Source of the DNA: a candidate division WOR-3 bacterium
Lineage (GTDB): Bacteria; Hydrothermota; Tepidihabitantia; Tepidihabitantales; Tepidihabitantaceae
DNA length: 64,000 nucleotides
NCBI GenBank assembly: GCA_965648935.1
Contig: CBFGIY010000001.1
Span: 56,307 to 120,306 of the forward strand
Direction of reading: 5' to 3'
Below, piece by piece: positions 49,764-58,604 of this stretch. The stretch's first letter is position 1. Each line of letters opens with the position of its first letter. Position numbers and translations under genes: made by a program. Under the pieces are notes generated by a model. That model saw only the letters and a program-made list of their open reading frames with translations. It had not been told where the DNA came from and searched no databases.

Positions 49764-50370
49764 GTGCGACTCATCATTCACAACGCGGTGAGCGTCGACG
49801 GCAGGCTGACCGGTTTCGACGTGGACCTCGCGCAGTACTACCGGCTGGCCGGAACCTGGTGCGAGGACGCGACGCTGTGCGGCTCGGGCACCATCCTCGC
49901 CGCGCCCGAAGGCCGCAGGCGCGAGCGGGCTGGGTCGAGCTGGACCCCGAAGCCGGGGGACACGAGGCCGCGTGCGATGCTGGCAGACTCTGCGGCAGGC
50001 CGGGTTCTGGCGTGACGTGGTGGCGCTGTGCTCGGGGCGGACCCCGAAGGCGTACTTCGACTACCTGCGTGCTGGGCGGGTCGACTGCATCGTCGCGGGC
50101 AAGTCGCGCGTTGACCTGCGGCGTGCTCTCGACGCGCTGGAAGCGGAGTACGGTGTGAAGGTCGTGCGCTCGGACAGCGGCGGCACCCTGAACGCGGCGC
50201 TGCTCGACGCGGGTGTGGCCAGCGAGGTCAGCCTGCTGGTGCACCCGGTGGTCGCGGGCGCAGGCGCGGTCGACTTCTGCGCGCGGGTGCGCTCGTCGCC
50301 GGCGCTCAAGCTTCTCGAGGTGAAGAAGCTTGAGCGCGGCCTGGTCTGGCTGCGGTGGCGCGCGGGCTAG
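49764..50370 (+). pseudogene. Frameshifted RibD C-terminal/DHFR-like reductase
   Basis: HNAVSVDGR in one frame; DSGGTLNAALL...EVSLLVHP in another; break near 49965-49972. Confidence 0.8.
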
Positions 50371-50590
50371 TCGAGCAGGACCACGCGCAGGGGGCGGCCA
50401 AGGCCCGTCGCGTGGATGAACGCGACGCCTGAGGGCAGTCCGGCGAGGTCGAGCCGGGCCGAGCCATCGCGGTCAACCGGGCAGTCCGCCCATTCGCGTA
50501 GCACCCGGCCGGCGCAGTCCCTTACTACAATCCGGCCTTGGTTCGTTCCCACGGGCAGTTGCAGTCTAATCGTCCCGGCGCGCAGCACGG
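50367..50590 (-). repeat. 224-bp CTD-coding module, copy 1
   Basis: About 88% identical (manual count) to 58381-58604. Confidence 0.9.
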
Positions 50591-53285
50591 CCGCGGAACC
50601 GTCAGCCGGCAACTGCAACGAACTGCCGGTGATGGGCTCCCGAGTTTCCAGCACGCCGGACTGGATTCTGCCGTCCAGTGGCCTGACATGTGTTGCCCGC
50701 AGTTCGCTGCCGGGAAAGTAGCGCCAGAACTCGTTGGTCTTGTTGCCTTTCAGCGCATAGAGCGCAACGCCGTCGGTTGTGATGTCGCCGCCCGCCTTCA
50801 CGCGCTTTTTCCTGAGCGCGGAGCCGATGGCGGGTATCGTCTCCATCTCAGACCACACCATCGTTCCGGGGTCGAGTGCGTAGAAGTCCTGGGTGTTACC
50901 GCCCTTCAGTGCCCAGAGCAGGCTGCCCAAAAAAACCGCGGCGCCGCCGTCCTTGGATTTCTTGCTCTTGCCGGTATGGTGGCAAAGCAGCGGCATACCG
51001 GGCATTGCCGAGCCCCAGGTGTTGGTCCTGATGGAGTAGGCGTAGAGCTCGTGGTACTTCGCCTTGTGGGCGTAGATTCTGTCCTCGCCGTCGTAGGCGA
51101 GCCATGAACCCTTGTCCCACTTCGGCCTGGCGCCGGCCGGCGCGTCGGCGAGCGACGACCACGTTCCGGCGGCGACGCTGTAGCGGTGGAACTCGGATTT
51201 GTATCCTTTGAGCAGATAGACCCAGGCGCTTTCACCTTCGATGACAAAGACCAGGTCGGTGCCGCCCTTGACTTTCTTGTTGGACGGTCCGAGTGGCACG
51301 TCGGCGAGCTGGTTCCAGACGTTGGCGCTGGCATCGTAGCACCAGAAGCCCGCGGTGTTGTTGCCTTTGGTTGCGTAGATGCGGCCGTTGCCGTCAGCAC
51401 ACGCCGCCGAGCCCTTGTACGGCAGCTTGTTTTCGACGCCAGCCGGCCAGGGCGGCAGTTCGGACCACGAGCCGGCAGTGATGTCGAAATGGTAGCAGTC
51501 ACCGGTCTTGTAGCCTTTGGCCGCGACAATGCTGGCTCCGGCTGCGTCGTATGCCAGCCAGGCCCCGTCTTTCGCGGCCCTGGCGCTCGTAGGCAGGGGC
51601 TCAAGTTCCACCCAGCCGAGTGGCCAGTCGGGTCGGGCTGTAATCGCGAACCTGCCGGTCAGGGTGTCGTTGGTCGGGTTGCCGTCACCGGCAATCCATG
51701 TCGAGCAGCGTACCGTGTAGTTGCCGGCCGGATGCGGCTTGGGCCAGGGCACGAATTGCTGACGCCATGTGTCGCCCGCGGCGAGTTCAGTTACCGTAAC
51801 CGCGTCAGAATGAACCAGCCCGCCCGGTCCGGTCAACTTGACAAAGGCGGTGAAGCTTGCCGGCGCGGCTCCCCAGTTGCGGAAGGTCGCCGAAGCAATG
51901 ACAGCCGCACTCGTATCGAGACTGCCGGTCGGCGCATTGATGCGCACGACGCCGACGTCCACGGCCGGACCGGGAAGGACCGTTCCGCCGCCGAGAGCCG
52001 TGTCGTTGGAGTGGTTCTGGTCGCCGGGCAAGATGGTGAACGCCCTGGTTATGTACGGCCCGACCGGACCGGCGGTCCAGCGACGGGCAAATGAGCGCAC
52101 AACCGTCGAATCGACCGGCACCGCGATACCGGTCTCGGTCGTGTCATAGAGGATGTTGGGGGGGACAGCACTGTCGGTAATCACCAGTCGCACGTCACAG
52201 CTGACATTGACCGTGCCGTAATTGGCGACTTGGACCTGAGGGATGACGACGGTGTTGGCACCGACCTCGCCGGCCGGGACAAGTATCTGGCTGACGCCGA
52301 CGTCCTTGCCTGCGTTCGAGTCGAGCACCGTGACGCTGGCCAGTAGTGAGTCGTTGCTGTTGTCACCGTCGCCGTCAAGTCGAGTCGAACAGGCCACCGC
52401 GTAGCTACCGGGCGACTGGAGCACATACCACGTGGGGAACTGGACGAGCCGGCGTTCGCCCGTACCGTGGTTTGTGACATCGACCACTTCGTCGTAGAAG
52501 CTGCCGATGCGCATCCGGACCCGGTAGAACGGCTCAAACTGTCCGTGGTTGTACACCGAACAGGCCGGCGTCACGGTCGTGTCGTAGGGTACTGAGCCGG
52601 TCGGCGCGAGCAGGCGGGTGACTGCGACGTCGCGCGTCGGACCGCCGCCGGCGTAGGAGACGATAAGTCGCGGCGCCAGGCTCGAGTCGTTGACCGAACT
52701 GCGTCCATTGAACCAGGCATTCCAGGAACTGGCGTTGACTCCGCGCAGGCTGAGTGCGGCCCAGCCCTGGGCAAGTCGCGCTTCGAGTGCGGTCAACCCT
52801 GCGGCAGTGAACCGGGCGGTAAGCCAGCCACTTGCCGTCGGATACAGCGTCTCGCACGCCACCGGGTTGGTCTGGGATTCGAGGAAGAACTGCTGGGCGA
52901 GCGGTTCGTTGATGTTGGTCAGCAGGTCGGTATTCATCGTCAGCACGCGGACTTCGATCGGACTTGGCACGGTTGTTACCTGCAGGCACCGTATCAACAG
53001 ACTGCAGGCGACGATGTCCGAGCCCGGAGGAATGGTTGACACGTCGAACTTCACCCAACCCCGCGCTTCGATGCCGCCCATGTAACCGGTCTGCGCCTTG
53101 ATGGTCGGTGTTTCGGTCATGTAGGTTCCGGACCCATAGGCGGTGGTGCCGGTCGAATTTACCGGCAGCGGGGGCCTGGCCCAGACTGTGTCGTGGATGA
53201 TGTCGTCGGCGACCGCGGAGCGGCCGTTTGCGGCCAGCGCGGCTGCGGTCAACAGAGTAAGAATTCCGAGGCAATTGCGTTTCAC
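50367..53285 (-). CDS. Large secreted protein: three CARDB-like Ig domains, Kelch-like propeller and CTD
   Basis: Signal peptide; DV[AG]V...P...V.N.G repeats; KG[YN][KN]T..F..Y repeats; CTD. Confidence 0.8.
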   Translation of the reverse strand: MKRNCLGILTLLTAAALAANGRSAVADDIIHDTVWARPPLPVNSTGTTAYGSGTYMTETPTIKAQTGYMGGIEARGWVKFDVSTIPPGSDIVACSLLIRCLQVTTVPSPIEVRVLTMNTDLLTNINEPLAQQFFLESQTNPVACETLYPTASGWLTARFTAAGLTALEARLAQGWAALSLRGVNASSWNAWFNGRSSVNDSSLAPRLIVSYAGGGPTRDVAVTRLLAPTGSVPYDTTVTPACSVYNHGQFEPFYRVRMRIGSFYDEVVDVTNHGTGERRLVQFPTWYVLQSPGSYAVACSTRLDGDGDNSNDSLLASVTVLDSNAGKDVGVSQILVPAGEVGANTVVIPQVQVANYGTVNVSCDVRLVITDSAVPPNILYDTTETGIAVPVDSTVVRSFARRWTAGPVGPYITRAFTILPGDQNHSNDTALGGGTVLPGPAVDVGVVRINAPTGSLDTSAAVIASATFRNWGAAPASFTAFVKLTGPGGLVHSDAVTVTELAAGDTWRQQFVPWPKPHPAGNYTVRCSTWIAGDGNPTNDTLTGRFAITARPDWPLGWVELEPLPTSARAAKDGAWLAYDAAGASIVAAKGYKTGDCYHFDITAGSWSELPPWPAGVENKLPYKGSAACADGNGRIYATKGNNTAGFWCYDASANVWNQLADVPLGPSNKKVKGGTDLVFVIEGESAWVYLLKGYKSEFHRYSVAAGTWSSLADAPAGARPKWDKGSWLAYDGEDRIYAHKAKYHELYAYSIRTNTWGSAMPGMPLLCHHTGKSKKSKDGGAAVFLGSLLWALKGGNTQDFYALDPGTMVWSEMETIPAIGSALRKKRVKAGGDITTDGVALYALKGNKTNEFWRYFPGSELRATHVRPLDGRIQSGVLETREPITGSSLQLPADGSAAVLRAGTIRLQLPVGTNQGRIVVRDCAGRVLREWADCPVDRDGSARLDLAGLPSGVAFIHATGLGRPLRVVLLD

Positions 53286-53325
53286 GAATCCTCCTTGGCC
53301 GGCGTTGGCCGCTTCGTCGTTTCGC

Positions 53326-56300
53326 TCACCGGAGAACCAGCTTCCTGATGCTGCTGTGGCCGGTCGAACTGAGCCGGCAGAAATAGACGCCGGCCGGCAA
53401 CCGGCGTCCGTGGCCGTCGGACAAGTCCCAGGTCAGCGGTCCGGTCGCGCGGCCGTCGATTTCAAAGCAGCGCACAATCCTGCCGCTCAGGTCGATGATA
53501 GCCAACCGGCCGTGTTCGTCCGCGCCGAGCCGGCAATCAAATCGGACCAGGCGGCCGGCCGGGTTTGGGCCCACAGTCAGGCCCGGCAGTTCGATCGGTT
53601 GTGGCGGTGCAGTGATGCCTGCCGCGCTCGCGGTCGCCGCGAAGTGCAGAGCGTTGTGCCAGACCAGCACCCAGTCACCGAATCGCTGGTCCGGCCGGGC
53701 AATGCTGCCCGGGTACTGGTTCAGCCCGACAACTTTCCGGCTGGCACTGACAGCAACAAACGGCCGGCCGTCGCGCCAGCGGGCGATTGTCTCGGCACCG
53801 GCGGCAAATGTCGCGCTTGCCCGGTAGAAGTCGGCCACCTGCTGAACTCCGGCCATCACCGGGTGCGATGAACGGTGCGGTCCCAGTGAGTCGAGACGGA
53901 AGTTGGTCGCACCCGGCACCAGGGTTGCGTGCTGGCCGGTCATGATTCGTCCCTGCATCCGCCAGCCGGTCGTGAAGCAGAACTCACCGAGCACGACACC
54001 ACCGCCGCGGTCGGCGAACGCTGCCAGCGTGTCACCGAGCGCTGCCGGAGCAAGAAAGGTGAAATTGTCGAATGCCGCGACTGCATCAAATCCGAGCAGG
54101 TCGGCAAGACGCGGCGTCTGTTCGTGTGCATCGTAGGTCGCGACGCTGTCGCCGAGTCGGCGCAGACCGGCCAGGAGGCTTTCCGGCACGGCGTGGTCCG
54201 AATACACCACCAGTACCGCCAGTCGTTCCGATGCCGTGGAGCGGGTGCGGATCGTGTCACTCTGCCGGCGTTCGTCGGTGGCCAGTTCGTGCCAGACCGT
54301 GGTATTGTAGACTGCACCTTGAGGCCCAACAGCCCATTCGGCGAACTGGCAGCGTACCTGGCCGGACTCGGGCAGGACGGCAACGACCGCCGAGTCGCGA
54401 AAGACCGTGACTCCCGCCGATTCCACAAGACAGTGAACCGAAAAGTCCCTTTCGTCGTATTGACCCTGGTTGTCGAGATAGACGATGGGGGACAGCCGCC
54501 TGCCGGCCAGCAGTCTCGGCCGAAAGTTGGTGAAACTGATTGCCGCATCGTGGCCGCGCGAGACGGTCAGCGCGACCAGCGTGTCGTTGAATCGCGACGT
54601 GTCGTTGGCCAGACTGTGCCAGCAGATGAGGCGGTAGGACTGGAACCCCGGGCCGACGTTCCAGGCCGGGAAGTTCACCGTGTCGCAGGCAAGCGTGTCG
54701 ATGGACGGCAGTGTCGCTGACTGCTGGTACACGGCCACCCCGGCCGACTCCACCCGGCAATGGAGTTCGACCCCGTACTCGCGGAAAGTGCCGCGGTTGG
54801 TCACCGCCAGCCGCGGTACGACCGGTTCACGCTGGTTGACCAAAGCGCCGGGTGCTACCAGCCCGGTTAGAGCAATGTCGTGGTGCGGAACGCCGTAGCG
54901 GGTCTGCTCGACCGCCAGCAGCGCGTCGACTCTTCCGGCGCCGGCGGTGTCGGTTTTCGGTCGGGAGCTCAGCGGCACTACCGAGTTCTGGAGTATCGAA
55001 TCAACCGCGCGGGGGCTCAGGCCCGGGTTCTTTTCCAGCATCAGCGCGCACACTCCGGCAACGGCGGGGGTGGCCATCGATGTGCCCGAGCTCAAGTAGT
55101 AGCCGCCGCCGATGCGGCAAGAGGCAACGTTGACGCCTGGTGCGGAAAGGTCTGGCTTGAGCAGGCCCGGGGGGTAAGGGTAGTCGTTATATGGCGCGAT
55201 GCCGGTCCAGGACACCGGCCCACGCGATGAGAATTCGGCGACTGAGTCTCGCTGGTCGGTTGCCGCGACCGCGATGGCCCCGCCCAGTCCGCCGGGAGCC
55301 TCGGCCGGATGCTTCCAGGGTCCGGGTACGTCGGCGGGTGTGGTGATGTTGTCCGGAGGCTGGCCCCAGCCGTCGTTGCCCGCCGCGACGAAGAACGGCA
55401 GGCCGGCCGCGGCGAGGTTTGTCGCCGCCTGCCGGAAGAGCGCCCGGCGCGGCCCCCAGCCGTGGCGGAGACCCAGGCTCATCGTGACCAGGTCGGCGCC
55501 GTTGTCGGGCGAGGCGGGCGGAGCGATGCAGAACTCCATCGCCCGGAACATCGTGTTCTCGCTGACCGTGTCGGGGCCGGGCCGGGTGTATAGTGTCTTG
55601 ACCCGGCATACCATTATCCGGGCGCGGGGTGCGATGCCGGTGGCCGTGCCGCCGGTGCCGTCGCCAGCAACAGTCCCGGCCGTATGGGTCCCGTGGCCGT
55701 TGGTGTCCATCGGGTTGTTGTTGTCGTTGGCAAAGTTCCAGCCGTGGAACGGGTAGGCGCTGTCGGTCCACATATGGGTGGCGAGGTCCGGGTGGGTGTA
55801 GTCGCAACCGCCATCGATGTGACCCACGACCACACCCTCGCCGCGCAGCCCGAACCGGAGCCAGACGCTGTCCGCCTTCATCTGGCGTACGTTCCAGCCG
55901 ACGTCGTCGGTGGGCGGTAAACTGCCTGCCGCTGGTTCGAGCCGGGACCCGCACGCCACCGGCACCCGGTCGCTGCCGATGAACCAGATGTCGGGCCGCG
56001 CCGCGATACGACCAATTGCCGGGGCTGAGGCGCGGCAGTAGACCGCATTGGCGATCCACAGCGGTACGACATCGCTCACCTCGCCGGTTGCGGTAAGGCT
56101 CTCAAGCAGAGAGAGCAACCCGGCCTGCGACTCGCCGGCATGCTCCTGCAATGCCTGTACCACATCGTGTCGCTGTTGTGTCTTGTCAGCGCCTGACGAC
56201 AGCAACGGACGCGAGTCCAGGAAGCGGTTGAGCGCCAGCAGCACTTCGAAGCGATGTCCGGGTCCGGCAAGGTCCATCTCACGCGCCAGTTCCGGCTCGA

Positions 56301-56373
56301 TGCCGGCGTTTGCGACTCGAGTCAACGGGACCGGCGTGGCGAGCAACGCGAGCACTACAGCCAGCGTTGTCAT
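53326..56373 (-). CDS. S8 subtilisin-like serine protease with CARDB-like domains and FlgD-like CTD
   Basis: HIDGG, HGTHTAG, AAGN, GTSMATP motifs; WDLSDGHGRRLPAGVY. Confidence 0.93.
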   Translation of the reverse strand: MTTLAVVLALLATPVPLTRVANAGIEPELAREMDLAGPGHRFEVLLALNRFLDSRPLLSSGADKTQQRHDVVQALQEHAGESQAGLLSLLESLTATGEVSDVVPLWIANAVYCRASAPAIGRIAARPDIWFIGSDRVPVACGSRLEPAAGSLPPTDDVGWNVRQMKADSVWLRFGLRGEGVVVGHIDGGCDYTHPDLATHMWTDSAYPFHGWNFANDNNNPMDTNGHGTHTAGTVAGDGTGGTATGIAPRARIMVCRVKTLYTRPGPDTVSENTMFRAMEFCIAPPASPDNGADLVTMSLGLRHGWGPRRALFRQAATNLAAAGLPFFVAAGNDGWGQPPDNITTPADVPGPWKHPAEAPGGLGGAIAVAATDQRDSVAEFSSRGPVSWTGIAPYNDYPYPPGLLKPDLSAPGVNVASCRIGGGYYLSSGTSMATPAVAGVCALMLEKNPGLSPRAVDSILQNSVVPLSSRPKTDTAGAGRVDALLAVEQTRYGVPHHDIALTGLVAPGALVNQREPVVPRLAVTNRGTFREYGVELHCRVESAGVAVYQQSATLPSIDTLACDTVNFPAWNVGPGFQSYRLICWHSLANDTSRFNDTLVALTVSRGHDAAISFTNFRPRLLAGRRLSPIVYLDNQGQYDERDFSVHCLVESAGVTVFRDSAVVAVLPESGQVRCQFAEWAVGPQGAVYNTTVWHELATDERRQSDTIRTRSTASERLAVLVVYSDHAVPESLLAGLRRLGDSVATYDAHEQTPRLADLLGFDAVAAFDNFTFLAPAALGDTLAAFADRGGGVVLGEFCFTTGWRMQGRIMTGQHATLVPGATNFRLDSLGPHRSSHPVMAGVQQVADFYRASATFAAGAETIARWRDGRPFVAVSASRKVVGLNQYPGSIARPDQRFGDWVLVWHNALHFAATASAAGITAPPQPIELPGLTVGPNPAGRLVRFDCRLGADEHGRLAIIDLSGRIVRCFEIDGRATGPLTWDLSDGHGRRLPAGVYFCRLSSTGHSSIRKLVLR

Positions 56374-57431
56374 CGCGCATCACCGGATGCAACTGCCAGT
56401 CGGCACGACCTCGCCGACGGGCCGTTGCCGACCTGAACGATGTACACGCCCGGCGGGAGTCCGGTGACATCCAGCAAGGCCGTGCCGGAATGGACAGGCA
56501 GGCCGAGGGTCCTCGTTACTCGGCCGGTGGCATCGTACACCCGCGCTTCGGCTCTTTCGTGCGGGGGCATTGCGTAGCGCAACGTGGCCCGCCCGCCACG
56601 AACCGGGTTGGGCCAGACTTTCAGGTCATGTCCTGCCGGCAGCGGTGCAGGCCTCTCTGCCACGCCGGCGCAGGCATAGTCGACTATCAGCTTGGGTCTG
56701 AACTGCCAGCTGCTGTCCAGCCCGACATAGCGCGCCCAGGAGAACGGCAACTGCACGCCGGTCGGGCTGAGGCCGACGGCAAACCAGTTGTCGGGCAGCT
56801 GCCTTTCAAGGTCGCGCGCCGCGTCCCGGCTCAAGCGATAGTCGTGCCAGACAAAATCCCGCGGGCGGGCAGCGCTGGCGTAGGTAGCGCCATCACCACA
56901 GTCCTCATACAGCGCCCGCGCGGTATCGCCGTTCTGGCTCCGCCCGTAGACAGAGGGTCGGCAGTTGATGTCGTGAATCTCCACCCCACCGATTGGCGTG
57001 AACCCCATCATGTCCGAACCGAACAGCCGTACCGTCACGCGGTCAATCGTGACGCTGTCCGGTATCGACGAGGTGTTCCACTCAGCCCAGGGTCTTGAGA
57101 AGACCGCTATGAAGAGCGCGGCGAAGTTCCACAGCTTCATCTCTCCACCGGGCGTGGATACGTGTAGCGGGATCCCGTAAGCTATCCAGTACTCGGTGAA
57201 ACCGGCGGTGACCGCGATCAGCGAGTCGGGGACGTCGGTGTCGCCGTGCTCCTCGCCGCCCAGCACGGCGCGGATCGAGCCGTCGCCATTGGAAAAGTGC
57301 CGCGCGCCCGGCGCGCGCAGTTCGGCCAGCTCGGTGCCGGCCGGCAGCCGGCCCGCCGCCCCCAGGTCCAGTCCCGAGGCCCCCAGCGCGGTCAGCGCCA
57401 ATCCCGTCAACAGCCGGCGTACGCCCATCAC
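56370..57431 (-). CDS. Secreted hypothetical protein with T9SS-like CTD
   Basis: Signal peptide; RPKLIVDY; VWPNP...YDATGR...LPPGVY. Confidence 0.75.
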   Translation of the reverse strand: MMGVRRLLTGLALTALGASGLDLGAAGRLPAGTELAELRAPGARHFSNGDGSIRAVLGGEEHGDTDVPDSLIAVTAGFTEYWIAYGIPLHVSTPGGEMKLWNFAALFIAVFSRPWAEWNTSSIPDSVTIDRVTVRLFGSDMMGFTPIGGVEIHDINCRPSVYGRSQNGDTARALYEDCGDGATYASAARPRDFVWHDYRLSRDAARDLERQLPDNWFAVGLSPTGVQLPFSWARYVGLDSSWQFRPKLIVDYACAGVAERPAPLPAGHDLKVWPNPVRGGRATLRYAMPPHERAEARVYDATGRVTRTLGLPVHSGTALLDVTGLPPGVYIVQVGNGPSARSCRLAVASGDAR

Positions 57432-58231
57432 TTGCCTCCATCCTCGGAAAAGTAGCCGGCGATGTCCTCACCCTGCTGCCAGAAGTGCTCAAATCCTGCC
57501 CTGAGCATTCCAACCAGTTCCGGGTCGTTGATGAAGAATCCGGTGCCGCCCTGCTGAAACCGGGTCAGGATGAAGATGGCGGTGCGGTCGTCCACAATCT
57601 GGATGCTCATCGGCAACTTCTCGGTCGCGCGCGCCTGCTCGCCCCGGGCTACCATCCTTGCGAACCGGCGACGATTGGCCGGGTCTGCAAGCGCGGCACG
57701 CTCGTACACACAGCGAACCGAGACCCCGCGCCGGAGCTGGTCCAGTTCAATCTCATCGAGAGCGTCGAAATCCTGCTGCTCCGCGCCCTTGCCCTCAAAG
57801 CGGTAGAAGTGCAGGACCTCGTGCTGTGCCGAATTCAGCCGCCGCATCTGCTCGTCCATCGCGGTTCGTCCGGCCTTGATGACCTCGAGCACATCGGCCG
57901 GGCCGGATGTCTCAGTGCGGCGGGAGTAGACGTCAGTCAGCTTTCTGATGGCCGCGGCCTTGGCTTCAAGAACGGCCTTGCCTTCTGACAGGATCTTGCC
58001 GAAGGCGACATCGGGCGGCACCGCCGAGTAACTCCACACGCTGTTCTTGTGACCGAACGCCAGCCCGCGGTCGACTAGTCGCCGCAATGCGGTGTGAATG
58101 TGCTGACGGGGCAGGCTGACCAGCCTGGTCAGATCGCTCACTCGTGCCCGGTCGATGCCGAGGAGAGCGCCGTAGACTTTGGCCTCGTGACTGGTCAGGC
58201 CGAGCAACATCAAGTCTCTTTCGTGGGACAT
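57428..58231 (-). CDS. TrmB family transcriptional regulator
   Basis: LGLTSHEAKVYGALL winged HTH; YSAVPP; C-terminal IVDDR...FEHFW effector domain. Confidence 0.88.
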   Translation of the reverse strand: MSHERDLMLLGLTSHEAKVYGALLGIDRARVSDLTRLVSLPRQHIHTALRRLVDRGLAFGHKNSVWSYSAVPPDVAFGKILSEGKAVLEAKAAAIRKLTDVYSRRTETSGPADVLEVIKAGRTAMDEQMRRLNSAQHEVLHFYRFEGKGAEQQDFDALDEIELDQLRRGVSVRCVYERAALADPANRRRFARMVARGEQARATEKLPMSIQIVDDRTAIFILTRFQQGGTGFFINDPELVGMLRAGFEHFWQQGEDIAGYFSEDGGK

Positions 58232-58380
58232 GGTTATTCATTCTAGATCCCGATTGCGGGCTGTCAACCAAAGCGCATACACAGCCTGTTCGTTCTAACG
58301 ACCTGAGGGGTAATGATTGTAGTCTGGTGTCAGATGGTAACGGATGTTGGGCCAAGCAGGTCGGCCCGGGCCTGTACAGG

Positions 58381-58604
58381 CTAGTCGAGCAGGACCACGC
58401 GCAGGGGACGGGTCAGGCCGGCGGCGTGGATGAACGCGACGCCTGAGGGCAGTCCGGCGAGGTCGAGCCGGGCCGAGCCATCGCGGCCAACCGGGCAGTC
58501 GGGCCACTCGCGCAGCATCCGGCCGGCGCAATCCCGCACCACGATCCGGCATCTGCTCGTTCCCACAGGCAGTTGCAGTCGCATAGTCCCGGCGCGCATC
58601 ACGG
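58381..58604 (-). repeat. 224-bp CTD-coding module, copy 2
   Basis: Direct repeat of 50367-50590. Confidence 0.9.

Noticed and set aside
50367..58604. DGR template/variable repeat pair
   Set aside because: Mismatches are not adenine-specific, both copies are coding, and no reverse transcriptase is present.
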